Assembly (NCBI GenBank): GCA_040954595.2
Contig: CM082598.2
Coordinates: 1,364,001-1,428,000, forward strand
Length of the DNA stretch: 64,000 nucleotides
Source of the DNA: Balanoglossus misakiensis
Taxonomy: Eukaryota > Animalia > Hemichordata
Direction of reading: 5' to 3'
In this document: positions 36,116 through 50,300 of the stretch, piece by piece
Position numbering within the stretch: position 1 is the stretch's first letter
How the letters are laid out: the number at the start of each line of letters is the position of its first letter
The notes under the pieces: model-generated
Databases searched by the model: none
What the model was told of the DNA's origin: nothing
Seen by the model: only the letters and a program-made list of their open reading frames with translations
Made by a program: the position numbers and the translations under genes

Positions 36116-38320
36116 ACGGTATGGGCGCCCCCAACGGCGAGTTGTCAAAATCGTTTTTTCGGAGCTCATTTTGCTGAGTTTTATAGTAAATTTTATTTTT
36201 AGGAACAAATTTACTCACTTGTTCTAATAAGAAGGCAACAATAGTATATTGCTATGTACTGCCGTCACGCTTATGCTAACATTGACAAATACAGTCCAAA
36301 TTAAAGTGAAATAAATAATATAAGCTTGTGAGAAGCATGCCTCTAAATTTTGTGATGAACGCAAAACAAATAAAATATAAATCCAACCCTGTTAAGAGCA
36401 AACAAATTGAACTATGTTGAAAACAAGATCATCTTTCAATAAAAATGAGTCTAAAGATTATGTCGGTAAGAGGAAAGAAAAGCACATGGAAATCATTTAA
36501 GAATTTGTCAAAGTCAATTTCTTTATTTATTTCATCCACAGCAAACACAGAAAGTATGTCTTTTTATGATAGGATGACTGACACAGGTATGAATCACCTA
36601 TACAAAACCAGTCCCACAGAGCAATGAGAAGTAAAGTGCCTTGCTCAAGGGCAAATGTCGTGGCCATGAAGTAATCATCGTCAGACAGAAAATCCAAGGC
36701 CAAGTCCGGGACTGGGACTCACACAAACCCATAACTGAGTTACTGTTGTACTGATTCCACAGAAGTTTTGCCACTCCCAATCAATTACGTATCATCTATG
36801 CCAAAACTGATGTTTGTCACACACTGATGTTCTGCTCATTGAGTTTTATAGCTGGGGTCATTCTCAAATGAATTCCGGTACTAATCATAAAAAAATCACC
36901 AAACTACGAACCAAAATTTAAAACTTCAAAGGACCTGGTGTTACTATGACGGTTGCCACCTTATTCAATTGTAGTTGAAATGGACCAAACCAGTGAAGTT
37001 TTTCTTTTCTGTTACCAAGGGAGTTTAATTACATGGGATGCTAACACAATTTTCATTTTTCTCGAGCACAATAAATTGTCTAATGAACACTGACTTGCAA
37101 GATAATAACATGGAATAAAGATTCCTGACAATTCTGTGGTATGGTCAATAAATACCACTGGAAGATACATAACATACAGAGGACAGTGGTATAGAATTCT
37201 CACACTTTGGATCCGAAGACTTGTAAGCTGCAATGACTTATGTCTGTTGAAAAATACAATGTTTTCATCAATGGTTATTTCTGTTCAGGAAATACTTTAG
37301 CTGACTATTTCCACATTTGTCCAAACTGTGTTGTTTTCCCCACAAACCCCCCTTCTCAGAGGTAAAAATTTCCCGCTGAAAAAAATGGAAGTTGGACCCA
37401 ACTATAGTTGTGAAATGTTTGACTTCTATATCCACAAAGTAGAACATGAAACTACTTTGATTCTCACAAGAACAAATTCGAGCGAAAAATAATGAAAACT
37501 TACACCTACCATTTCTTAAGTTAGAACATCAGTATCATGCAAACCATAATGAAAATAATTTAAAATATATCAACTTGATGGCAGGAGAATATTTATAACA
37601 TACAAATGGAAGTTTTTCTGACTGAATTCATCAGCGTACAATACAAAATAATTTCTAACATTGTTTGGCATCTACACTTAACAAATTGGCAGATAAATAT
37701 ACATTGCTTTCGATATTAACGAAAAATGCATCAGATACCAATAATACTAGATGTATCTTACAAAACTTAAATTATACAATGAAATTTCTAACACTGCTGG
37801 GCATCTATACTTTTTCGAAATGGCCGATAAATATATCTCGCTTGTGATATTAAAGAACAATCTTCAAAATGCAACAGAAACAAATATTTCTATACGTATC
37901 TTACAAAAATTTAATTCTGCAATGACAAAAGGCAGGTAACAATACTGCTTGTTTATAATTCCTAGAAATGATTCTCTGCCGAAATGATCACACTGAAATC
38001 TACTACATCTGTCTCAAACAATTACAATTTATCTCCAAAATCCTAATTCGCATTTTGTAAGTATTGTCCAATCAAACTGCAACGTACACCTGCTATACCA
38101 TTTAAACCAGTAACATTTATCTACAATGACAGTACATGTATCTGCATTTCGCCATCTTTCTATACAACAAAATGACTGAACATGAAAAATGCTATGTCGG
38201 CTTTCAAAATCCACCAGATCGCCAGATTGATGAATAATATTGAAAAAGCACAGAGAAAGCTATGTTTGGTTGAGTTTACTCAACTTTGTAAATAAATTAT
38301 CCATATCTTGAAAATCTGTT

Positions 38321-38390
38321 TTACGATGATGTCACAGAAAGACCTTTCTTTAACATCATAGTTTCTACGTCCTTATCCTCTTCCCGTTCT
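38321..38390 (-). CDS. MICAL: MICAL last coding exon
   Basis: [22 protein letters not shown]; ttgcag acceptor. Confidence 0.75.
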
Positions 38391-41300
38391 CTGCAAAGTA
38401 AACAAATATTGAGGTCTATTATTTATTTTATTTAAAGGAACAAAGTCTCTCTCTTGCTGCCCTTTTTCCATTAATTATGTTTGATACAAGACAACATTTA
38501 TATTAATGTACATGTGTATATGTAGTGAATCAACATTCAACCACACACACACACACAACTTCCATCCCACAATGTAGCACGGTTTCAAGATGATAAACTC
38601 ACACTTACTTAAGTCTTTCTTCCTCAAGTAGAGCTACCAATTTATCTCTCTGTTCGACAACCTCCAGCATTTCTTCAAGAAGTTTCTTTTCATATTCTTG
38701 ATCATCTTTGGTTTTCTTGGATTCTGGTGGCACAAGAAAACTACTATATTAACATCTTCAAGATGGTTTTCCACCAAATATCTCTGACAGTTTGATATTA
38801 TAAACGTCTTGATGCAATGTACATGAATATGCTTCTTAATTATTGGTTTAAACAATTTTCCTCAGAAATGGTGAAGTAACCAACCACCACTGAAATATTC
38901 AAGCATATCTACACGAAATATGTTTAACATTTTTATTTTCAATCAGAACAATCACATGAAGAAGAAGAGAGTTTGCCCCCATCTTCAGTCTATCTTAAAT
39001 TTTTAGCTTGAAATGAGCTATTTTTTATTAGTTTAATAATATGTACATACCTTCAATTGCCATTCTTTCTCTCAGCTCTTGTTGAAGTCGACTGTGTCTA
39101 TCTTCGAGCTCTAATTCTTTCGCTCTTTGAATGGAATAATGCAACATGTGTTACGCACAGAAAACATATCTGGGTGAATACAGCAACATCGGGCTATTTA
39201 CAAAGGTCTAACTGTTTTTTAAAGCTGTTTACTGACACATTAGTAGAAGCCCAAGTAGATCAAAGCATCTGCCCAAATAAACAACCATGGTTTGGTCCAA
39301 AGCAATTGTTTTCGTATAGTACAGTCAGATCCCTATATCCCTGGGATGAAAGGTTGAAATGTAACTTACTGTATCGTTAGCTCCTGTTCAAATCTGACCA
39401 GGGAATTCTTCTGGTTGATAAGTTTGAACCATTCTTGCATCAATGTGTCTTCGTCAGTTTTCTCATCTCCAGCTGAAATTAATTTACAAAATAACTTTAA
39501 AACTGTCAGTTCGAACATCTGTAATTAGGTGATGATATTTGCAAGAGATTTGGTGAGAGTTTTTTACAGCAAGACCACAAATTAAATCACCTTCTTCAAC
39601 CTAAAATGAACCAATTCAATCAAGAACCAAGCATCAAGTTTTCATCCCAGTTGTTCCTAGGGTTCAGTTATTTTGAATTGAAGGTACTTCATCATCACTT
39701 CTTGTTGCTGTTATAGTTGTTGTTGATCTGTGTTTATTTTTGCAAGAGTATGACTGTATTTTGACAAAATGTTTAGAATGGTGCCTCTTATAATTTGACC
39801 TAAGCGCCACCATTTTATGGTGAAATATTATTATAACTCGGAAAAATCTATGAAATTGGCCAAAAGTGACAAACTATAATTACAGCTGCTCTCCATGCGT
39901 AAAGACTTCTCCAGTTCAACACCCTTGTCTTCCAACATTCTCTGTTTGACTTCAACTTCTTGGAGATGTCTCTGGATTTCCTGCGCCATTCGAAGTCTTC
40001 TCAGTTCTTGCTGTCGGTGTTGTCGTCTTGCCGCCTTCTGCACTCGTTTCGTCAATTTCTCGTTCAATTCTTCTTCCGTGTACTTGGAAGAAGACTTGTC
40101 CTATCATGATGAAGAAGACACACACAAAAAACACAACAACTTGTTAGAACACCCCTCCTTTAGAGATGGAATCTACAGTAAAACTCCAATTATCCGAATT
40201 GTTTGGTTATCCGCACTGCTGTCATGTCCCCCAAACAGTTCTATTGTTTACAATCGTTATCCGAATAAACTGTCTGCATATCCGAACAAAATCAATGTCC
40301 CCCTGTCAGTTCGGATAATTGGAGTTTTACTGTATCTGTTTAGAATGGATTATTGTATTTTTCAGAGGGACATAGGGGAAGCCAACCTATGAAAGATAAA
40401 CTTGTTACCATGCATGTGACATTTGTGGAAATGATTGAAACCCAAACTGACACAGCAGAACAAGTCTGAAATATATTCACTGAGAAGTAGTTTGTTTTCG
40501 GGACCTTTGGGTTTCTTTGCTAAGCAATTTGATTGACAAGACAGCAAAAACTTTGCTGTGAATTACCCTGAAAGGGTTTGGAAAGAAATTACTTCTCAGT
40601 GATTTCTTTAAAGGGCGACATCATCTTATGCGCATGTGCCAAAATATTGCCCTGTTACATTGCGTGACATTTCACATGAACTTCAACCAAAAATGCTGGT
40701 TTCTCACTTTACATTCTAGTAAAACAAATTTTCTGTTTTCAGAAAACCACCAATGATGGCATTTAGTGGGTTTGTACATGCAGATGGTTGTTTGGAAGAC
40801 AGGGAAATGATAGCCATGAAAGAATCCTTTCCACCCATGCAGATAATTGCAAACACCTCTAAGAGTGTGATATTCAAATCTTGAATTTTTTTTAACATTA
40901 AAAGTATACAGTATATGATTTCTTGCCTTATTTTGTTTTGTTTTTGGCTTGTAAGAACAGGAAAGGGGCTTAACATGTTTCAGGATATACACATGTACAT
41001 GTGACAATCCTATGCCTGTTTGTGCGACCCATGGATGTACAGTGTCAGAGAAGTTTTGGCAACGACTTTTCTACACCACATCTCAGAAGACTGTGGTTGC
41101 ATCAATTGTCCGGGGGGTACAAGAACTTTAAAGAACTGTACCAAATAATTCCTGTCGATAATATTTTGATTCTATGCTTATTCCCACATGAATTTCACAG
41201 ACTTGCATAGATATAAATCGGAAATTAAATAAAATCGTCACTGACATGCCAGCCGACTTCTCAAGGCAAATTCTGTTTCAATCTGATGCGATGTAGAACT

Positions 41301-44300
41301 AAGTTGACTGACTGGAAATACAAATATACACTCGCTGCCCTTAATGGTGTTAAACAGACATAGAAAACAAATGTTCAGTTCCAGAACATGGCAGTGACTT
41401 TACATGGGTTAACTGAAGTGAAATTTTGTAGAAGGGTAGTCGAGAGATGGTGGAATACTACAATATGTATGATTGATGAAAAGCTTGAATTTTGCATTAT
41501 TTCTGCCCCTCTGTGATGTTAATCGAGTTCTTCAGAGAGGACAGAAGAGGCCAAAAACAAAGACAAAACAAGAATGAAAATGGCATGATGGGATACCTTA
41601 GATTTCCTGCGTTTAAAGACCTGTAAATAGAGCATAAGTTTGGTAATTGGTTAGGTTAGGGACGCCTGTGCTGTGAAATGATGTTGTGGCATGATAACTA
41701 CCCAGGATATGAAATGGTGTCTTTATTAAAGAGACAAAGTCTCTCTCTCGCTGCCTTTTTTCTATTAATTATGTTTGATACAAGACACTGTTTATGTTAT
41801 TCTAAATGTGGATATATAGTGAATCAACGTTCGACCACACACAACTTACATCCTGCTTGTATGATATGAGAGAAAAAATCTCGGCAAAATGAATAAATGG
41901 AAAAGACTCATTTTGGCGAGTTTTCACTCTTGTTTCTACAAGTGGGATGAAAGTTGTGTGTGGTTTGAAAGTAATATCAAGGAAATAATGTGAATAGGGT
42001 CCTGGGTTTTACTTTTTAGACATAACTGGTTATTTCAAGCTTGAATCATTTGATGTGCTACAACTACACAAGACTATTTCATTTACCTTAAGCTTCTTGG
42101 CAAGCGATTTCCTCTTGGACTTCTTTTTCTTCTCTGATGTCTGTGTGTCGGTTGGTGTTAGTAGCGACAAATCCTCTTCTGATGTATCTGAAGACAACTC
42201 GGCTGCTCCATGTACACTGTCCACTGTGCCACCACTGCTGATAGTTGCTAGGGAGTAAAAGAAATTTTTCGCTGTCAAAATGTGGTGCAACATTTTTGGC
42301 ATTTTTACACATGTTTTCTATGGTAAAGTTGGACCTCTACAGAGAGAAACGGGGGTGAACTTACATGGTCTAGGAGGCAGTGGTCGTGGTGTCCCTGCTG
42401 GCGTCTTTGGCTTGACTGCTGCATCTACATGTGTCAGGCTACCGTCTGACAATGCATCATCCGAGAAATCCAGTTTTGCTAGCGGCGCTTGTGTTGGGAT
42501 TTTCTTGGTCGGTGTTTCTTTCTTGGCACTGCGTATCTCCCCCATTGGCATCTCTTCAGTTTTCTTCTTGCTATGCTTCTTCGATTTCGTGCTCTCGTTG
42601 AGCGAACTGGCGGCAACTTTCGCTCTCACAGGACTCTTACTCTTCCCATTCAAATCAATCTTCTTCACGTCTTCCTTTCTTTTCACGAATTGTTTCCTTC
42701 CTTTCTTTTCCTTCGGTGACTTCTCTGGAGATTTGGGAGGTTTGTGGTCCACTGGTTCAACTTTTCCTGGCTTCTTGATTTTAGAACTTTTCTTAACGTC
42801 TGCTTTTCCACTGGACGAGGGTTCCTGACTGCTCTTTGGTGTTGATGCAACCATTGGAGAGGCTTTCACATTTGTTGTCTTTTCCTCTTTTTTACCACGA
42901 TACAATCTTGGCGAAGCTTTACTTTTCTGCGTTTCTACTTTCTGTTCGTGTGGCACTGGGAGAGGGCGGTATTTCAAGCTGGGTGATGCGCTCGTCTCTG
43001 CAGCCTTTCTCTTATCAGCTGCTTTCGCCTTAGCTGTTCCTTTATAATCACTTTCTCCCTTGGCAGACATCGTTACCCTGGTTACTGTTGTCATTGGCGT
43101 GTAGAATTCCTCATCAGCAACTGTATCATCAGACACTACATACTTCTTTGCTTTCCCTTTCACTTTCTTGACATTCCCTTTGCCTGGTGTCTTTCCCGGA
43201 GTCTTCTGAATAGCTCCTGATTTCTCCTTGGGAATGTTGTCCTTCACTTCATCCACAGACGGGATGGCGTTGAGCGACTCGTCAAATGTGGCATACACTT
43301 TGCTCTTTGTCACTGAGTGTTTCGGTGGCTCGCTCATCTTCAGGGGTGGCGGTTTCATTTCCTTTTTCACCTTTCCTTTTTCTGCTTCATTTCTGTTGGC
43401 ATCCATTTTGGCATCATCCTTGCTGTCTCCTCCTTGTGATGGTATTCCCACTAATGGTCTGGGCTGTGCTTTGGGAGAACCCGGAGCAATCTCATCTCCT
43501 TCGTCTCTCAGGCTCTGATATTCCAACTCCCGGGCATACATCTCCAGAGTCGCCTTCACAGAATCCCCAGATTCTGAATCGGAACTCATGATTGACACCC
43601 GCAAGTCATCATTTGTAGAGTCGATGCTTCCGGAATATGACGAATCCGGCTTTGATGACATGGTGGATGTCCTAGATGTTTTATCGAGACCCTCAAGAAA
43701 GGAAGTGTCATACGCTAAGCTGCTGTCTGCTGTAGCAAAACTTACATCAGTCAAATCTTTTGAAGTGTCACTAGCGGCAAATTCATTTGTTGTCTTAAAA
43801 GAAAGATCAATATCGTCAACTGATCTGTTGGAGATGTTCATATCAGGAGTTTTCTCTGTTACTGTGATTTTTTCCTCTGTTGTTGGCAGTGGTGAATTTG
43901 CTTCCAGACTGTCATGTAAGTTGTCTAGCTTTGAGATATTCATGAGTTCTTCCTGATAGGAAGTCAGAGTGTCGTGTTCAAGTGTCGAACTCGCTGTTGA
44001 AGATGCTCCTGGACTCACTGGCTTCTCATCACTCAGCTGCGATTCCTCAATGTCTTTTTTCGGAAGTTCTAGCAACCTGGGTTTGGGTCGTCTTGTGACA
44101 TGTGTAATATCCATATTCAGGTCTGGTGTGTTCTGTGGTGTATCGGCAAGAATATCAGCATTTTTTGGAAGAGCTTTATCTTTCAATGTTATCTCATTCT
44201 GCTCATCTGCATCTTTCTTAACATCCTCTGCATTGTCAACTTCGTGAATTTCCAACTCTGTGTGAGGTGCTGCTTCACGATCGATAAAGATTTCACCTTC

Positions 44301-47300
44301 TTCAATGTCAGAATCAGAGTACTCCTCGTCTCCAGCGAGGGGGGCTATGGAGGGTTTCTCCTCTTGGACAGGACTATCTGAATCAACATCATCAATAAAT
44401 GTAATCTCTGTCGGCAGTAATTCTTCAGGATGAGTTGCACCACCTGACAGCATCTCTGCCTGTGTCACAAGATTCTGCCGCGCATACGCCATTTTTGATT
44501 CAGACTGTTCTGATTCCAACTGACCTTCAGACAACTCGCCTTCTTCGAGGTCATCATGATGCACGCCATCAAATGTGAAAATTTCCGCAACATTCTTATT
44601 CTCCACCGGAGTTTCGCCTTTCGCTTCCAGTCTTGCCAGAGTGTCGCCGTAAACATCCGCAAGATCTTCCTCAACAAAATCTTGTGATTCTCCACCGTGC
44701 TTTTCATCTCCTGAAGAGAAACTTTGTACTTCTACTATTTCAGGTTCTTTCATTCCATCAACTGGACCTTCCTCACACAAGTCTAACCCTTCTTGTTCAT
44801 CAACCTCTACATCCTCACCAGCACCCTCTGACCCTCTACCCTCTTTGGAGCTTTCCGATGGTGCAGACTCCTTGTCCTGTCCACTACCGTCACTATCAGC
44901 ATCATCCAGCTGTTTCAGGGTATCACCGTATATCTCCGCCAAATTCTCATCAGTCGATTCATCCATCTCATCATCAGCTTCCTGAGATTCCTCCCTAGCA
45001 ACCGTTGCCTTGGGAACCGCATTCTTCGATTCCAGAGTCACATACTCTTGTTCTTCCACATCAATAGACCCGGATCCGTCCAGACAATTTCTACCTGCAC
45101 CTTCAGTGATGACTCCAGTTCCTATCTCCACAAGAAACTCTCCTTCGCTTTCCTCACTTGCATCTATGTCAACTTCATCTGAACAAAACTCCTCCTTAGA
45201 TTGTGTACCGAAGGCAGCAACTTCCACTGGTACAAGAATCTCTCCATCACTCTCAGAATCACCAACACTTGTCCCCTTAGCTCCATCTTTCTCAGTTTCC
45301 TTGACAACACCATCAACAACTTTGTCCCCACCAGCTGCCTCGTCTACAGATTCTGACTCTGGTGCATTGATGATGTTGACTTTCATCAGATCTTCTTCCG
45401 AAGGCAGAGGTGGAACAGGAGGTGGTTTCTCCTCGTCTGGGATGGTCAGTTTCGGTGGGGATGGTTTGGGCAGACTTCTTCTACCCCACTGAGAGTAATC
45501 AGGTGGCTCAGGTTGTGTTAACCATTGTAATTTCAGGCTTGTTATACTGGCAACTTGGGCCCTGTGGTCATATCTCTCTTCTGGTGACATCTTGTCTTCC
45601 TCTGTTTCTTCTTCATTCTCAGCCTTCACATCGTCTTCAACGACAGCTTCTGCTGGACCAGTGTCTTCCTTCTTGATGCCTTCTACATTGTCTTCCTCCT
45701 TCAAGACAGCGTCTAACTTGTCTTCCTCCTTCAAGACGTCTTCTAACTCGACTTCCTCAACAACTGCAATCTCTTCCTTGGTTTCCACAGGTTCTTTCCA
45801 TTCCGGATCTTTTGTCTTTTCTTCCGTACAAACAACTTCTTCCTCACTCATATCTTCCTCGTCGTCTGACTCTGAAGAATAAAACAAAAGATTTGTTAAT
45901 ACATTATGAGTTGACAACACATCTTATAACACCCTTTCCCAATCAAAAAGAGGACTGGTAATACCATGATATAGCTGTAACAATCAATTCATCTTGCCAG
46001 AGCAATGCTTTGCATACAGCTGAGAGAAATACAAATACTTGTGCTAAAACATAAATGATAAATATCTCACCATAATCTAACTCTTCTTCTTCCTCACTTT
46101 CATCCCATGATTCCTCATCAGATTCAGATTCATCTCCAGAATCACCTGCTTGTGGATTCAATTCAACCGGTTTCTGCTTCCACAGGTATTCTTCAGGAAT
46201 CTCAATGGGATCTATGTCTGAACCTTCTGAGTATCTGAATCAATGATAGAAAAATTCACTGGTCAGATTTCAAATAAATGAGACTTTTAAAATCAGGGCA
46301 ATAATGTTCGGATATGATTAAATCAAACAGGGAAATATCATGATATTAAATCACTTCAGTTGTGTATCTAACCTTATACCGTATGAAATTTTAAATTAAT
46401 CAGAATTGTGCACAGCAAAAAACAGCTTGTCTGTATAACTGAACAAATTCGTCTGGATATGTGACTGTGTTCAGGTCACAGACAATTCCATGGCCTAATG
46501 AAACTGCTCTAATTAAACCCCACAAAATACCTTCACTTTCCGTGCGATAGTTCTGCCATGTACTGCAGGTGTGATCCTGAAACAAAAAAGGTTTTTTCTA
46601 AAGACACTTACTCTTCATCAGAATCATCTTCATACTCGTCGGAAGAACTCTCGAAATCTAAATCCATCGCACTAGAATCGCCGTAATTGTAACTGGCAAC
46701 TTCTTCCTCCGACAGCAACACCCCCATAGACCGATCTAAAGTTGAATCCATGATGATTCTTTCCGGCGTTGCAGTTCTGTCGATGTCCGTGATATCTGGT
46801 GTGGTCTTGTACTTCTTCTCCTGTGGCTCGTTCACGATTGGTGATATGGGTCTCTCTGGGGTGACTCTGATTGGTTGAACTGGAGCAGCTGCTGCGGCCT
46901 CCTGGGAAATTGACACAAAAACAATGATTCTAATTGGATGCTATAGAACAGAGGAAGAAAACTGTTTACATTCCTTTCTTCAGGGTAAAGAGTAGGGAAA
47001 CAATGTGAGCATCCACTATGAAACAGAAGTGAAAAAAACTGACAAGAAATTAATTTTTGGTACGAAATTTCAAACTGATCGAGACACCACTAAAATAGGT
47101 ACAAAAACCCAATAAATACATCAGCTAGATGGTGAATCCATGCCCTTACTGCACAAACAATGATGGAAACGTTTTGTTGATCTTTACAGGTTACATCAGT
47201 GAATAACTGTGTATGATATTCTCACCTTGGCTTCTTCCATTCGTCTCTTCCTCGGACCACCATCAGGAACTTTGCTGTACTTGAAATGTGGACGACAGTA

Positions 47301-50300
47301 AAATCGACCTAAAGAAAAGGAAATTACAATTTTATTTGCATAAGTAGATACACCAGTTTCTTGTTTAAATTCCTAAAATATGATGAAATGCCCTGCATTT
47401 AGCTTATTAGCACAACCTATATGTGTATAGTCAGCATTGTTATTGTGCAAAATTTGAATTCAAGTCCGGATTAGAATTCATTTGTCAACAATAACAGTGG
47501 CCGTTACACACATACATGGTATGTTGACAATCAGAGTACTGGGTATATAAGCATGCTGTTTGGAGTAGAACAAAAATTTGCGTTTGATACACTGAACAAA
47601 AATACTGGAAATAAAGCCAAATGTTACTGCTAATGCTTTCACTTACTTTCTAACTTATTCTCATTGGGTGGGAGATAGTATGCATAGTTGCCAATTCTCA
47701 AGGTGGTTTGACAGTAATTGCACTTGAAGCATCCACGATGGAAGAACAGTCCTTCCGCGCTCAGTCTTTCCATGACATACACTCTTTTCCCGCAGAAGAA
47801 ACACATGTCACTTCCACCAATAGCACCGGAATATTGCTTCGATTTCTGTGAATAGCAGAGAGTGTTTCAAGGAAAGTGGGAAAATGGCAAAATACAACAG
47901 TGTTGGTGATGTTAAAATATTATAAGAAATAATTGGGTATTGTAAGAAAGTTGTTCACCACATTATCATAACATGCAAAATAAACTAAAAGCCAATTCAT
48001 TAATTTTAACCGCAAAATATATCATAGCACAGCAATCATGTATTATTCTAATAGTTCATCAAATTGAAAATGGACAACCTTGTATCAGAATGAAACAGGC
48101 CATCCCATACAGTAGAGGTATAAAAGGGGACCCTACCAAATGTATGAAATAGATGTAGACAGAAATGATGGTCTGTTTAGTGTGTACCTGTGTTGAAACT
48201 GGTGTAGTGGAGAAAAAGTCAATGAAAACATGGCGAATGAGATATGTCTGTTGTATCAGTGAGTTAGTAAAATTGATAGAGAAATTAATGATCACCTTGT
48301 ATTATATATACCAATGGTTTCAGAACAATATGCTTACAATGTTAACAAAGAAATTTCAGAAGCAAACAGATGACAAGAAAAAGCAGATAGAAAGAAACAA
48401 GCATGATTCGCAGTCTCTCCATGTACAGACATAAAGGAAAGTAATATTAAAACGGGTTTTAACATAAATTTTTAATCAACTACAGACATTCATCAAAATT
48501 AATAATACATAAGAATCTGCATAAGTAAGAGTGCAAGTCAATATGGCTGCTCCAGAAACACGCTGTCATAGCAACGCTGCCATAGCAACTCACAGGCAGA
48601 TGGAGAAACTGCCAGAGTTAACTGTCCAGGCATTTGCGATGAACCATGCATGCATCACGATATAAAATGATGCCCGCATGCATACATGCAAGTAAATTTT
48701 CCTTCAGAATTGGATGGTAACCATCCAGCAGAAACTGCAGTGGACAAATATGGAAAGGGATCATAGAATAATAAAGAATGGGGTGTGTGAGGGAATGGAA
48801 GACTTGAAGAAGTACCATCCAATTCTGATAACTGAGGAGGATCTGGGGGTGCAAAGTACTTACTGGTTGTTGCGCACCCCACCAGGACGTTTTCTGTTTC
48901 TGCGTCGACTGCTCGTCCGCGCGTGTGCTCTTCAGTCCGGCCATGTCCCTGAACTTGGAGAATAAGATTCTGTCGGCCATGCTCAGTTCGGCCACTGATT
49001 CTGGCTCCGTCGCTCGTCCTGCGCCGTCTGTTTCCTTCTTGTCTTCATCCGGTTGGAATCGCTCCATCAACATGTCGTATATGGACCCCACTCCTGTCGT
49101 TACGCGTTTCTTCTCTGTCGGTCTCTGCTGCTCCTGAACGCTGTACATGAAACGCTGTGTTGTCTCTTTCAGCTGTCCCTTTCCGATTTGGTTGATCTGT
49201 TTCGGTTCTGACTTCTGCGCCTTAGCGGCCATTTCCTCGACTTTAGCCAGGAGCTGATAGGTCATTACTTTGACCTCAGTCGTCGGTCCCTCAGATGTAC
49301 TTATTTGTGCTTTCTCCTTTGTGCTTTCAATGTCTTGGAATTTATTCAGAACTTGCTCAGCCATGTCTTGGACCTGTCGTCGTGACATCGCACCGGTGCT
49401 GACGGGTTTCTTGGACGCTGCAGAAACACGCTTTGGAGGTTCCTTAAAAGTTGTCTTCACGCCTGCTAGTTCTTGAAACTTGGCGTGCAACTGCTGTGCT
49501 TTGGAGCTGACACTTGTCTGTGCGGTCACCTCAGGTTCTCTGCTCCGTGCAGTACGACGGCGCTCTTCAAGTAGTCTCTCTGTCATCCGGTTTATCCGTT
49601 CATGGCTAACCGACTGGCGTTCCCTAGCAACGCTTGACTCGGCTTCCAACCGAGTGAACAGGGCGTCTGACATTGCTCTCACCTGACCTTGCGTTTTGTG
49701 TTCATCAAGCACAACATCAGGTTCTTGCACTGCGGCGATTGCGATAAACTTCTTATGCAAATCTTCGGCTAACTCCTTAATTTTTCCTTTCTGCTGAGGA
49801 CTAGCAGGGGCTGGTGTATCGTTTATCGCTGTCCGCCGCCCTAATCCGGCCAAAACCCGAAATTGTTCATCAAGATCACCTGCAAGTCTTTTAATTTGAT
49901 TTTCGGTTGACACGCTTATTTTGGTCGTTTCGGCTGGTTTGTCAGACGATGACTTGAATCCTGCTAATTCCTTGAACTGCTGTTCCAACAACTCTCGCAT
50001 CTGATCCACTTGTGGGAAGTCCTTGCCGCTGTCGGCTTCGTCACCGGAATCCATTCCGGATCCATACTCTTCCCGCATCTCCGTCATATCCTGGAACTGT
50101 TCCCGTAGCAACTGTGTCATTTCCTGTATCTGTGCTCCAGAGCTTCCCACTGCCTTACTCCGACCCAGCCCGGGTGCTTGCTGCTCGTCTGCGATGTCTT
50201 CAAACTGCTTGTACAGCTGTTCCGCCATTTTGTTGATGCGACTTGCCTCACTTGCTCCAAAAACAAAAGACTAGCAGAAACAGGAAAAGAGAACATTGGC

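Noticed and set aside
10616-36326. 13-bp inverted match agcttatattatt (10616) / aataatataagct (36314) as TIRs of the 25-kb block
   Set aside because: AT-rich, does not extend, no TSD seen; plausible by chance.
42280-50274. Many + strand ORFs (Ser/Phe/Leu-rich)
   Set aside because: Antisense shadows of the large MICAL exons.
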